A stretch of DNA of 64,000 nucleotides from Candidatus Bruticola sp. (lineage in GTDB: Bacteria > Vulcanimicrobiota > Xenobia > Xenobiales > Xenobiaceae), in contig JBJEGD010000022.1 in the NCBI GenBank assembly GCA_051874735.1, forward strand, positions 402 through 64,401, written 5' to 3'. The translations under genes were made by a program, and so were the position numbers. Each line of letters begins with the position of its first letter. Within the stretch, counting starts at the first letter, position 1. This document shows, in pieces, positions 28,569 through 38,737 of the stretch. The notes beneath the pieces are model-generated. The model was given only the letters and a program-made list of their open reading frames with translations. It was not told where the DNA came from and ran no database searches.

Positions 28569-29219
28569 ATGAACAAAGTGATTCCTACTCTTCTAATCTT
28601 GGCAGCAGTTTCTTCTGCGTGTGCCAACAATACAACTTCTCAACAGCCAGCCTCCGTCAGTTCAAAAACACCGGCAGCCGCCATCCTTCAAGGCACGGAT
28701 CAAAAAAATGCCCCAAAGAATGAGGCTACAGAGGCTATAAGCGTATGTATACGCTATATAGATCGCTATTGTTCTGAACCAGACGCAAAAAAAGATGATA
28801 TTAAACCTTTAGCGGAAGCTTTAAATAACAGTATAAGCGTTATAAGTGATGTTTCTTCCAGCAAAAGTGACAAAATTCAATCGGTGCGCGAGGCTATGAA
28901 AGTAGCTGACCAAATCAGTTCCAAACTTCCCTTCCTAAAAGAAGACGGTATGGACAATATGCTGAAAAAAGTTATTACAGCCATTGAGAATATGCCTGAA
29001 GTCGATCCTGATAACATTAAGCCAGGCAAAGAAGAGCCTACCTATGAAGCCAAGCCGGAACAACCTCAAGCCCAGCCAGGACGGCCTCAAGCTCAGCCGG
29101 GACAGACTCAAGCCCAATCGACACAGCCTCAAGCCCAGCCAGGACAGACTCAAGCCCAATCGACACAGTCTCAAGCCCAGCCAGGACAGACTCAGCAATC
29201 ACCTGCTAAAGCTAAATAA
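28569..29219 (+). CDS. Putative lipoprotein with a Q/P-rich repeat tail
   Basis: Signal peptide ending VSSAC; repetitive C-terminus. Confidence 0.8.
   Translation: MNKVIPTLLILAAVSSACANNTTSQQPASVSSKTPAAAILQGTDQKNAPKNEATEAISVCIRYIDRYCSEPDAKKDDIKPLAEALNNSISVISDVSSSKSDKIQSVREAMKVADQISSKLPFLKEDGMDNMLKKVITAIENMPEVDPDNIKPGKEEPTYEAKPEQPQAQPGRPQAQPGQTQAQSTQPQAQPGQTQAQSTQSQAQPGQTQQSPAKAK
29064..29195. repeat. 21-bp coding tandem repeat, about 6 units (PQAQPGQ/TQAQSTQ)
   Basis: Alternating cctcaagcccagccaggacag and actcaagcccaatcgacacag units give a 42-bp higher-order period. Confidence 0.92.
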
Positions 29220-29488
29220 TATCTTATCAATAGCCCTAAAAATGCAACTTTTTAACTGATGCAGATCTGCTCAAAGAAATGTATCTTAGGAAAATATATG
29301 TTTGCTTTTTTGAAGAGCGATTTTTTATTTACATAGCTTAAAATTAAGGAGACCGAACTTCATAACAACGTGTTGTCATTGCTTTACAGTTTTAATTTTT
29401 GCTAGTACTATTCCTTTAAAGTATTGGCATTGTTGTGACGGTCTCCGCTCCCTCTTCGCATTCAAAATTTTTACTATTACAAAAATTC

Positions 29489-31255
29489 ATGAAGATTACC
29501 ATAATAATTGTAAGTATAGTTGCAGGACTAGCAATATTGTCGGTTATCCTGACCAGAGCTTTGCAAGTTTTCTTAAGAAAAAGGCTCAATAATTATTTTG
29601 ATTACTTAATTAGAGAAGGCGACCTCGATCAGGCTCAGAGCCATTTTAAAGACGTTATCAACATCGCTCCATCTTTTATTGAATACAATGAGACGCTGCT
29701 TCAAGCGGCAGAAGATTTGCACAAGGTAAATTCTAAACAAAGTATTCACAACTTAGAGAACTGTTTTAATAAAATTGCCGATATTTACTTAGACAGCCAA
29801 CCTGAATCTAGCTTTGCCAACATAGTTGCTGCAGGTATCAAAAAACGCTCCAATCCAGTTTTAGCTAAAAAATGCCTAATAAAGGCTGTGAACTCAGAAA
29901 AATCTTCAATTGTACTTAGTGCAGGCAGTTTTATTGCCCGAGATTTCGATAATTGTTTGTCCGTACTGTTAGCCCTGGGAACTTTGAACGCCTTAAAAAA
30001 AGATAAAAATTTTGACGATAAAAGCCTATTTTTTACTATATTTTTGATTCAAGCTTTAAATTGTGCTGGAGCAAATCACAGCGCTGAGCATTATCTTAAA
30101 GAGTGGATAAACAGCCACGACATCAGTTCACTAGATCGTGAAACTACAGCTTATGTTTTAGATTATCAAGCCCAAATAAAACAGTTGATCGGTCGTGGTA
30201 TGACTTGCATCGATTCTCTGACTAATCTGAATCATGCTGATTTTTATACTCCATATCTATTTTTCCACGCTATTTTAATTTGTTTAGCTAATCATCAATC
30301 TCTAAAAGCTTGCCAACTTATTCAAGCAATAACCAGCTATCCCGATCTTGAGCTGCCTCTTTGGTTTGGGGACAGTCTCAAAAACTATGCAGCGGTCATA
30401 TCCTATATAACAAACTTATATAACGAAGGTAAGAGAGAAGCTGATCCGGATAGCTTAGATATTCATCTTAAGAATTTAAAAGATATAGCCCACACTTATC
30501 ATAATATCAAATATGTTCAAATTTTAGCGGCCGACGCCCACATGTGCGCGGGTAAGTACAATCAAGCTTTAATTTATCTAGAAAGAGCCAAACAATTACC
30601 TTGGAGCTTAATTATTGAAGCTGATATCATAGATGATCAAGAACAATATGAGCTGTCAGAGCATCTTATATGTTCTTTAGCCAAATTCTATTTATCTGGT
30701 AATGTCAATATAACAATGGCTCTATATACAGCTCAGACTAACAACGGTGATGACTCTGAAGCGCTGGCTTTAGCTGAGCAACGTTTGCGCAACAATGATT
30801 TTTCAAGTCCTTTACTGAAAGCAGTTTGGCTCTTCTGTGCGGCTAGATCATCTAAACGACTCGGCCTCGATATTCAATCGCTTATGTTTGAAACACAATG
30901 TGAAGATATGCTCGACGCTTATAGCGAAGATAACCACATTGACGGAGAGCCAATTCCCCACGAAGATTTAATTGCGACCTTATCTTCACCCAGAAGTTTT
31001 GGCCCGCCTATATATCATTTTCTAAGAGGCGCCTTAGCTGCCGAGCACAATGAGTCTGAAAATGCGTGTATCTACTTACAAAAAGCTCTGCCTGAACGTC
31101 CTAATTTCTTGCCAGCCTTGCGCTTATTAGGACGTCAAGCCTACTTAACTAAAAATCTAACAGCGGCTCGTTTAGTGTTAGATAACCTTAAACTCTTTTA
31201 CACCTCGATTGAAGACCTGCAGTTAATGTCAAATTTGGAAAAAATTATCGATTAA
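29489..31255 (+). CDS. Membrane-anchored TPR-like hypothetical protein
   Basis: N-terminal TM helix and helical repeats (AGKYNQALIYLERAKQ, ACIYLQKALPERPNF). Start is uncertain (29435 or 29489). Confidence 0.7.
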   Translation: MKITIIIVSIVAGLAILSVILTRALQVFLRKRLNNYFDYLIREGDLDQAQSHFKDVINIAPSFIEYNETLLQAAEDLHKVNSKQSIHNLENCFNKIADIYLDSQPESSFANIVAAGIKKRSNPVLAKKCLIKAVNSEKSSIVLSAGSFIARDFDNCLSVLLALGTLNALKKDKNFDDKSLFFTIFLIQALNCAGANHSAEHYLKEWINSHDISSLDRETTAYVLDYQAQIKQLIGRGMTCIDSLTNLNHADFYTPYLFFHAILICLANHQSLKACQLIQAITSYPDLELPLWFGDSLKNYAAVISYITNLYNEGKREADPDSLDIHLKNLKDIAHTYHNIKYVQILAADAHMCAGKYNQALIYLERAKQLPWSLIIEADIIDDQEQYELSEHLICSLAKFYLSGNVNITMALYTAQTNNGDDSEALALAEQRLRNNDFSSPLLKAVWLFCAARSSKRLGLDIQSLMFETQCEDMLDAYSEDNHIDGEPIPHEDLIATLSSPRSFGPPIYHFLRGALAAEHNESENACIYLQKALPERPNFLPALRLLGRQAYLTKNLTAARLVLDNLKLFYTSIEDLQLMSNLEKIID

Positions 31256-31343
31256 TATATCGAGACTACCAGAGGCAAGAGGCGGCTTCAGCAGGTTGGC
31301 TCATGGGACAACATCTGATTGAAAAAAAATTGCATTGTACCCC

Positions 31344-31372
31344 TTGTCAAAGCTAAGGTAAGTATGTATAAT
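31344..31372 (+). promoter_or_regulatory. Sigma70-type promoter of tRNA-Gln
   Basis: TTGTCA-17 bp-TATAAT ending 14 bp before the tRNA. Confidence 0.8.
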
Positions 31373-31386
31373 GATCAACGTATCAT

Positions 31387-31462
<76 letters not shown>

Positions 31463-31464
31463 TA

Positions 31465-31495
31465 AGAGCTCGGATTTTTAGTCCGGGCTTTTTTT
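31465..31495 (+). terminator. Terminator after tRNA-Gln
   Basis: Stem agagctcgga/tccgggcttt followed by a T run. Confidence 0.8.
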
Positions 31496-31957
31496 GTTGG
31501 CATATTTATCTACTTTATCCCAGCCAATAAGTTATTCAAGCTAAATCATAGAGTGAATTAGTACTTTAATTTTCAGCACCTATACTAGGGTATGTTCTTA
31601 TATATAAACAAAATCAGCCATTTTTAATACATTTTAGTAGCGTAAGCAGAAGAGAAATGGTCTGCGATATGGACAACTATTACAATCGTTTTACCCTCGC
31701 TAATTAAAAGAACCTATTTATATAGCTAATGTACATTTTGCAAGTAAGAAAAAGTGCCAGATTTCCTACAAATTGCCGATCTTACCGCCACATTTTTATA
31801 TATTTAACGATATTTTTATATTCTCACAAATGTCAACTCAGAATAAAAATGAGAACATCATATTTAAATTCCTTTGGAGGAAGAGACAACTTACTCAGCT
31901 AAAGGTAACCGCTGTTTACTGTGGTAAGTTTATAGAATATCTCCTTCGGAGGTTTTA

Positions 31958-33403
31958 ATGAACAAATTTTCCAAGGCTTTAGCAGCCGCAGCTATTTCTC
32001 TGGCTTTTGCCTGCCCCGTTTCGGCTTCCGTTCCGGACGACTTTATAAGTGTTTCTGTCAATGGTCAAATTCTTTACTTAGATCAAGCTCCGGTACTCAA
32101 AGACGGTACTACTTTAGTTCCTATGCGAGCTATTTTTGAAGCTCTCGGTGCTACTATCAAATGGAATGCCGAAACAAAAACGGTACTAGCGAACACCGCT
32201 TCTGATGCGGAGTTAATGGCCAATCCCCAAGCTCCCAACACATCAATATCTTTGACTATTAACGCTCCTGAAGCTACTGTAAATGGGCAAGCGGTCAAAC
32301 TGTTAGCTCCGGCACAGATTATTGCCGGTAACACCATGGTCCCCCTGCGTTTTGTTGGCGAAGCTTTGGGCGCCAATGTAAAATGGGATGGACACTCACG
32401 CCTTATCCGCGTCTTATCCGATAAGGCTAAACTGCAAGTAGCCGAGCAAAAGAATGATGGAACTATCGTAAAGATAATCTCTCCTGAGAACGAAATTTCC
32501 TACATGTATATTAAAAATGAGGCCGATACTCCGAGCAATTGGGATCTATTATCTCTTAAGCGGCTCCAAGTTGGCGGTCAAGCGGGCATTCTCCGAGTTC
32601 TCGATGAGACAGGAAGCAATCCCATTTACACGCGCACTTTAGACAATTACACCACTGCTGCCTACAGCCCGGAGCAACGCTTAGAAATAGTCAAGCATCT
32701 GGGCATAGATAGTTCAGATGCCAATAAAATTGCCGTCAGCTTGATTACGAATTACGTTCAGAACCGCAAATACTTTATGCAGCTAGTGGCCCTTCTGGGA
32801 GCTATATGCAGCAATAAATCGTTAGTTTTAGACGACGAAATACGAGAGCAGGTTATGGCATTTTTAGTTAATAAACTGCAGAATGGCGATCCTAAACTAG
32901 ATGCCAATAGCAACAATATGCTGAAGCGTCAATGCTTGCTTTCCTTAGCCTTGGCCCGGAAAATCAGCCCCGAAGCCCTGCGCGCTGTCGTTAAGTACTA
33001 CGAGTCTGAATCTAATTATTATTGTTTAAGCCCCATAAATTTCTTCTTCTTAAGTCATGCCGCTGACATACAAGCTTTAAGTGATGGTAGCAGCCTGCTT
33101 GAGAGGGCCAAAGCGGTCAATTCTATGTATAAAGATCAGCTGGCTGACGCTATTGCCAAAGGTTTGAAAAAACAAGCTGATGACATGAAGCCGATTGTAC
33201 CTACCGCTTCGGCAGCGGCTCCGTTGAAATCTGAAGAACTTGAGGCTATAGTGACCAAAACAACTTCTTCTAAAAGCAACTCTGCAACAACTCCTAAATC
33301 GGCTCCATCTAAGAGCACCGATTCTACTAAACAACAAAGCTCTACATCAGACTCTCCGGTCTCCTCTACCGAAGATGCTCCTCTGCCCAAATCCGTACTG
33401 TAG
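31958..33403 (+). CDS. Secreted protein with a copper amine oxidase N-terminal-like (stalk) domain
   Basis: Signal peptide; TLVPMRAIFEALGATIKW and TMVPLRFVGEALGANVKWD motifs; helical middle region; S/T-rich tail; GGAGG RBS. Confidence 0.88.
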   Translation: MNKFSKALAAAAISLAFACPVSASVPDDFISVSVNGQILYLDQAPVLKDGTTLVPMRAIFEALGATIKWNAETKTVLANTASDAELMANPQAPNTSISLTINAPEATVNGQAVKLLAPAQIIAGNTMVPLRFVGEALGANVKWDGHSRLIRVLSDKAKLQVAEQKNDGTIVKIISPENEISYMYIKNEADTPSNWDLLSLKRLQVGGQAGILRVLDETGSNPIYTRTLDNYTTAAYSPEQRLEIVKHLGIDSSDANKIAVSLITNYVQNRKYFMQLVALLGAICSNKSLVLDDEIREQVMAFLVNKLQNGDPKLDANSNNMLKRQCLLSLALARKISPEALRAVVKYYESESNYYCLSPINFFFLSHAADIQALSDGSSLLERAKAVNSMYKDQLADAIAKGLKKQADDMKPIVPTASAAAPLKSEELEAIVTKTTSSKSNSATTPKSAPSKSTDSTKQQSSTSDSPVSSTEDAPLPKSVL

Positions 33404-33639
33404 TAGTTGCTTTAAATAAATAATTTCATAACTCACAGAGCCGACTTTTTTCTCAACAAAAATCAGTGCAAAAAGTCGGTTCTTTTGATTTTACTTGGCA
33501 AAGGTAAAAAGCTCTCCGCAGGATCACTAAAAAAAGCGTAGAACACTTGACCCCCTTTGGTGCGAATAATCATTAGGCGGTCAACAATAAGAGCAGCCGC
33601 TGCCGAAGGAATCAGCAATCAAAAAAGGTTGTCGCAAAA

Positions 33640-35025
33640 ATGCAGAACCAAGAAGAGCAAAAAATTGCCGCTGTCGTTTTAGCTGCAGGCAAAGGTACCA
33701 GAATGAAATCGGAGCAGGCGAAAGTGCTCCACCAAGTTCTAGGCAAGCCAGTTATATTCAGAGTTCTCCAAGCTCTGAAAGGAATAAACTGTTCTCGTAG
33801 TATTATTGTTGTCGGCCACCAAGCTGAACAGGTTAAAGCATATTGTGAAACTCAGTTCACCGACTGCCTGTTTGCTGAGCAGCCAGTTCAGAATGGCAGC
33901 GGCCATGCTGTGCAGATGGCTTTACCTCATTTATCTAATTTTGAGGGATACGTTCTTATCTTAAACGGAGACATGCCTTTGCTGGACGTCTCTGCTCTGC
34001 AAAAAGTGATTAATGCTGCTCAGGCAGGCAATTATGCTCTAACTTTGCTTACAGCGGATTCATCTGATCACAGAGATTTTGGGCGTATTGTCCGCAATAG
34101 CGACAATTGTGTAGAACGCATTGTAGAGGCTAAGGACTGCACACCTGAAGAATATAAAATCACCGAGGTAAATATAGGTGTTTATTGCGCCCAGGCTGAC
34201 TTCTTGCGCCGCTTCCTGCCTCAACTAACTCCAAGCAATGCGCAGGGTGAGCTGTATTTGACCGATTTAGTTGGTTTAGGCCGAGCTGCTGGAGAAGAAA
34301 TAGGAGCGGTTATAGGTCAAGTAGACTACGCTTTAGGAGTTAATACGCGCGCCGATTTAGCTAAAGCTGCTGCAGCTTTGAAAGAACGTAAGTTAACCGA
34401 TCTTATGATTAGCGGCGTCAGTATTATAGATCCTCAATCGGTATGGATCGAAGATAGTGTAACTATTGGCAAAGACAGCGTAATCTGGCCGGGCACAGTA
34501 CTACAGGGCGGTACTGTTATTGGTGACAGATGCCAAATTGGTCCTAATTCTCAAATTACTGATAGCACTATTGGTAATAATAGCAACATAGTTCATTCCG
34601 TACTCAACGACGCTATAGTAGGCAGCGGAGTAAATGTTGGTCCCTTTGCTTATCTACGTCCCCGCGCTAATATTGCCGACCGAGCCAAAGTAGGCGATTT
34701 TGTAGAAATTAAGAATGCCAATATAGGAGAAGACACAAAAGTTCCTCATCTGACTTATATTGGCGATGCAGACATAGGCAGCGGCACCAATATAGGCTGC
34801 GGTACAATCACCTGCAACTACGACGGTAAAGCTAAACACCGCACCACTATCGGAGATCGCGTTTTTATAGGCTCAAACTCGAGTTTAGTAGCTCCCGTAA
34901 CTGTAGGTTCTGGCGCTAAAACCGGAGCAGGTGCCGTTGTAGTGCACGATGTATCTGAAAACAGTGTAGTAGTGGGAGTGCCGGCTCGTCCCATTCATCA
35001 TCGGCAGATAGCAGAGGGGAAGTAA
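33640..35025 (+). CDS. glmU: Bifunctional UDP-GlcNAc pyrophosphorylase / GlcN-1-P acetyltransferase
   Basis: LAAGKGTRMKS, NAQGELYLTD, hexapeptide repeats, HLTYIGDA and TCNYDG. Confidence 0.98.
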   Translation: MQNQEEQKIAAVVLAAGKGTRMKSEQAKVLHQVLGKPVIFRVLQALKGINCSRSIIVVGHQAEQVKAYCETQFTDCLFAEQPVQNGSGHAVQMALPHLSNFEGYVLILNGDMPLLDVSALQKVINAAQAGNYALTLLTADSSDHRDFGRIVRNSDNCVERIVEAKDCTPEEYKITEVNIGVYCAQADFLRRFLPQLTPSNAQGELYLTDLVGLGRAAGEEIGAVIGQVDYALGVNTRADLAKAAAALKERKLTDLMISGVSIIDPQSVWIEDSVTIGKDSVIWPGTVLQGGTVIGDRCQIGPNSQITDSTIGNNSNIVHSVLNDAIVGSGVNVGPFAYLRPRANIADRAKVGDFVEIKNANIGEDTKVPHLTYIGDADIGSGTNIGCGTITCNYDGKAKHRTTIGDRVFIGSNSSLVAPVTVGSGAKTGAGAVVVHDVSENSVVVGVPARPIHHRQIAEGK

Positions 35026-35035
35026 AGAATTAGCT

Positions 35036-36067
35036 ATGAGCGAAATTAACGATCCTAATATATCAGAGCTTACAGCCTCAGAAAACATGGAAGCTATTCC
35101 TTTAGATTCCGTATTTCAGCCCACTCATCACGTCAAACTGTTCCACGGCAACTCTAATCCAGAGCTAGCTAAAGCGGTGGCTGATTATTTGAATATTCCC
35201 TTGGGCAAAGCGATGGTAACAACCTTTGCCAATAAGGAGATACGAGAAAAGATCGAAGAGAACGTGCGCGGAGCCAGAGTTTTTGTTATTCAGCCAACCT
35301 GCGGAAACGTGAATGACACACTCATGGAACTGCTCATAATGATCGATGCTCTTAAACGAGCTTCAGCTCATCAAATTTGTGCGGTTATTCCCTACTACGG
35401 ATACGCTAAGCAGGAAAAAAAGACTTCCGGCCGAGAGCCTATTACGGCCAAATTGGTTGCGAACTTAATTACTACCGCAGGAGCTAATAGAATTATCACC
35501 TGTGATTTGCACGCTGCTGCCATTCAAGGATTTTTTGATATTCCAGTAGACAACTTGAGCGCTTTACCTATCATAGCTGAGCATTACTTAAACAAAAATA
35601 TTCCTAAAGAGAATTTGGTAGTTGTTTCCCCAGACGCCGGCGGCGTAGCCCGAGCCACCAAATTGGCTGAACGTTTAGGCGCTAAGTTGGCTATTATTTT
35701 TAAACGTCGCCCCGAGCCAGACAAACTTGATGTCATCGACATTGTAGGCGATATTAATGGTAAAACTTGCATAGTTGTAGACGACATGATTTCAACAGGT
35801 GGTACCTTAGTAAAGGGAGTTGAGACTCTTATTGAGCACGGAGCTAAACGAGTTTACGCCGCCGCAACTCACGCCATCTTTGCCGAAGATGCCGTTCAAG
35901 TTATCAAAGATTCTCCTATCGAAGAGTTGATTGTAACTGATACTATTCCTATTTCCGAAGAAGCCAGAAATATGGGCAAACTAAAAGTTCTTTCTTTGGC
36001 TCCGCTCTTAGGGGAAACTATCCGTAGAACTCACTTTAATTTGTCGGTCAGTGAACTTTTTGTTTAG
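35036..36067 (+). CDS. prs: Ribose-phosphate pyrophosphokinase
   Basis: DLHAAAIQGFFDIP, VVSPDAGG and VDDMISTGGT motifs. Confidence 0.98.
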   Translation: MSEINDPNISELTASENMEAIPLDSVFQPTHHVKLFHGNSNPELAKAVADYLNIPLGKAMVTTFANKEIREKIEENVRGARVFVIQPTCGNVNDTLMELLIMIDALKRASAHQICAVIPYYGYAKQEKKTSGREPITAKLVANLITTAGANRIITCDLHAAAIQGFFDIPVDNLSALPIIAEHYLNKNIPKENLVVVSPDAGGVARATKLAERLGAKLAIIFKRRPEPDKLDVIDIVGDINGKTCIVVDDMISTGGTLVKGVETLIEHGAKRVYAAATHAIFAEDAVQVIKDSPIEELIVTDTIPISEEARNMGKLKVLSLAPLLGETIRRTHFNLSVSELFV

Positions 36068-36134
36068 TTACGCTGATCAATAAAACAATAATAAAAATAC
36101 AAGAGTCCCGCGCTCTGCCGCCGCTGCAAATATC

Positions 36135-36163
36135 TTGACACTTATAATGAAAAAAGATAAAAT
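36135..36163 (+). promoter_or_regulatory. Sigma70-type promoter of rplY
   Basis: TTGACA-17 bp-TAAAAT. Confidence 0.75.
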
Positions 36164-36298
36164 AGGCGGGCAATTTATCCTGGCAGCCGTAAGTTTAAAC
36201 ACAACGCGGCGCTAAGTAAAGGATAAGCGAGTAGTCGATCTTTTCCCCTCCCTGAGTTAATGCGGAAAAGATCCTCGCGGGTACCGAGGAGGAATATA

Positions 36299-36937
36299 AT
36301 GTCCCAGGTTAAGCTGGAAGCGAAAATTCGTAAAGAGACCGGTAAGGGTGTTGCCAGACGTTTGCGCCGTGAAGGTCGTATACCTGCCGTGTTGTACGGT
36401 CATCACCTCGAAGAGCCAATTATCCTTGACGTAAACTCAAAAGACACTGAAAAGATTCTTCAAACCGTTGGTAAAACTGCTATTATCAATTTAACCTTCG
36501 GAGAAGAGGGAGTTCAGGATCAGCTGGCTATGTTAGCTGATTACTCTCGCGATGTATTCGGTACTTGCCTCCTGCATGTAGACTTTAAGCAAGTTCGCAT
36601 GGATGAGAAAGTTACCGCTTCCGTTCCCGTGGTATTAGTAGGCGAAGCTGTAGGCGTACAAGAAGGCGGCGTCGTTGAGCAGTTGCTCCGTGAAGTAGAG
36701 ATCGAGAGTTTGCCTATGTCTATCCCCGCTCATATTGAAGTTGATATCAGTGGTTTAGGCCTTGGCCATCACCTCACTGTAGCTCAGATCGCTTGCCCGG
36801 AGGGTGTAGAGATTAAGGCAGAACCTTCCGAAACTATCGTCAGCATTGCTATTCCTAGAGCTGCTGCTGTGGCCGCTGAGGGTGCTGAGGGTGCTGGGTC
36901 TGAGGAGCAGGCTAGCGACTCCGGTAATGCCGAGTAA
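36299..36937 (+). CDS. rplY: 50S ribosomal protein L25/Ctc
   Basis: ARRLRREGRIPAVLYG, HVDF and GVQEGGV motifs. Start moved to ATG 36299, which has a GAGGAGG RBS. Confidence 0.96.
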   Translation: MSQVKLEAKIRKETGKGVARRLRREGRIPAVLYGHHLEEPIILDVNSKDTEKILQTVGKTAIINLTFGEEGVQDQLAMLADYSRDVFGTCLLHVDFKQVRMDEKVTASVPVVLVGEAVGVQEGGVVEQLLREVEIESLPMSIPAHIEVDISGLGLGHHLTVAQIACPEGVEIKAEPSETIVSIAIPRAAAVAAEGAEGAGSEEQASDSGNAE

Positions 36938-37000
36938 GGTTATAGGCTTTGTATAAAGCGCAAGTTTACAGAAAGCACTTAGCTGCGGGAGATTTGTAAG

Positions 37001-37582
37001 TTGAACGTTGCTAGTGCTTTTTTAGTTGTTGGTTTAGGCAATCCCGGAGCTGAATATAAAAATACCCGCCACAATATGGGGTTTCGAGCGGTAGATCTGT
37101 TCGCTCAAGCGCACCATTTTGAATTTACACGCAAAACTAAACTCTATACGGCGGCTTCTGGTACCATCGGCTCCACTGACATATTCATAATTAAGCCCAG
37201 AACTTATATGAATCTTTCAGGGAATGCTGTTCTCTCTATGTGTACCAGTTACGGCTTTAAGCCGCAGCAAATTATTGTTATATCTGACGACTTTTGCTTG
37301 CCTTTAGGCAGATTGCGCATTAGGTGCAGCGGAGGCAGCGGTGGTCACAATGGACTCAACAACATTATAGCCTGTTTGGGAGCTAATAATTTTATTCGTG
37401 TGCGCTTAGGCATAGGTTCAGCTCCAGTAGGTTCAGATCCCATAAATTTTGTCTTAGGAACTTTCTCTCCCAACGAGTATGAACCCATAAACGATTTGCT
37501 GCAGCGAGCTTCAGAAGCCATCTCCTATATTATCGAATGCGGACCGGAAGCGGCCATGAATAAATTTAATGGCCAGTCCTAA
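37001..37582 (+). CDS. pth: Peptidyl-tRNA hydrolase
   Basis: VGLGNPG, TRHNMGF, KPRTYMNLSG and GGHNGL motifs. Confidence 0.98.
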   Translation: MNVASAFLVVGLGNPGAEYKNTRHNMGFRAVDLFAQAHHFEFTRKTKLYTAASGTIGSTDIFIIKPRTYMNLSGNAVLSMCTSYGFKPQQIIVISDDFCLPLGRLRIRCSGGSGGHNGLNNIIACLGANNFIRVRLGIGSAPVGSDPINFVLGTFSPNEYEPINDLLQRASEAISYIIECGPEAAMNKFNGQS

Positions 37583-37622
37583 GTAAAATAAGCTACATTC
37601 CAAAGTAGTGTCTTTTTTACAT

Positions 37623-37672
37623 AAAAAAATGGGTTTTAGAGGCTAAATTTTCGCTTCCAAAACCCATTTTTT
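37623..37672. terminator. Bidirectional terminator between pth and the flavoprotein gene
   Basis: Inverted repeat aaaaaaatgggtttt/aaaacccatttttt between convergent genes. Confidence 0.8.
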
Positions 37673-37707
37673 CTATTAACAAGCCCAAAATAATCAGTGT
37701 ACGAATA

Positions 37708-38322
37708 TTAACGTATAAAGTTAGTATATTTAGTCGGCTCAATTTCCGGAACTGGCAGCTTAGCAGATTTTATATTTTGCAAAAGCCAGGCCATGTTATC
37801 CCCTAAAGTGCGCATAGTCTGCAAACCTTCTTCATCTTGTGCAACTTCTTCGGCATTATAACCGTGAGTGCCATTCCAATACTGAGAAGAAACTATAGGC
37901 ATACGGTTTATAGTAAAGTATTTATTCAAACGATCAAAAGATGCTGTAGTACCGCTGCGCCTGGCATTTAATACTACGGCTCCAGGCTTAAAAGCTAGCC
38001 TACCCTTACTAGCAAAGAAGGCGCGATCCAGCAAAGCACACAGGGCTCCATTAGGTCCAGCATAATAAACTGGAGAACCGATAATAATGCCATCAGCTTC
38101 GAGCATTAACTTCAGCATTTCATTGGCAGGATCATCATCAAAAACACATTTTCCCAACTGAGCACAGGCACGGCAAGCTATACAGCCATGTACAGCTCCT
38201 TGACCTATATGAAAAATTTCAGTTTCAATATTATGTTTTTGCAAGGCGGCAGCAACCTCTTGCAAAGCGGTATAAGTAGCTCCATGGGCATGAGGACTAC
38301 CATTGATTAACAAAACCTTCAT
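37708..38322 (-). CDS. Flavodoxin-like iron-sulfur flavoprotein / NADPH-dependent FMN reductase
   Basis: INGSP, CIACRAC...C cluster motif and GSPVYY. Start moved to MKVLL at 38322, which has a GGGAGG RBS. Confidence 0.92.
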   Translation of the reverse strand: MKVLLINGSPHAHGATYTALQEVAAALQKHNIETEIFHIGQGAVHGCIACRACAQLGKCVFDDDPANEMLKLMLEADGIIIGSPVYYAGPNGALCALLDRAFFASKGRLAFKPGAVVLNARRSGTTASFDRLNKYFTINRMPIVSSQYWNGTHGYNAEEVAQDEEGLQTMRTLGDNMAWLLQNIKSAKLPVPEIEPTKYTNFIR

Positions 38323-38476
38323 TATCAATTCCTCCCAAAATAGAAATATGCTTTCGTAAAATTGACTATGCAACTTTATAATATTTCGTATTTTATCTTA
38401 CCGCTTAAAATTCTTGTCTCTGAAATAAAAAAGATTGAACCTCAGACTTGCCGAGATTCAATCTTCACCATTTGTA

Positions 38477-38561
38477 TGGTGCGGAGAGAGGGACTCGAAC
38501 CCTCACGGATTGCTCCATACGCCCCTCAAACGTATGCGTCTACCGATTCCGCCACCTCCGC
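38477..38561 (-). tRNA. tRNA-Leu(GAG)
   Basis: Minus strand reads GCGGAGG...TACGT-TTGAGGG-GCGTA, long variable arm, GGTTCGAGTCC and terminal ACCA. Confidence 0.97.
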
Positions 38562-38573
38562 GGGAACGGGGTT

Positions 38574-38601
38574 ATTATAGCAAAAAAATAATGTAAGTCA
38601 A
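38574..38601 (-). promoter_or_regulatory. Sigma70-type promoter of tRNA-Leu
   Basis: TTGACT-16 bp-TATAAT with an extended -10 TGn. Confidence 0.75.
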
Positions 38602-38737
38602 GAGATTATTCCACCAAAAAATATATTTATACGAATAAATAATTAAAGTGTAAACAGGCAACCAAGAGACTAAAAACGCTTATCCACCCACTTAAAGAAG
38701 GGAAGAACATTTTTTTTGCAAAATAAGCCACCGAGCC

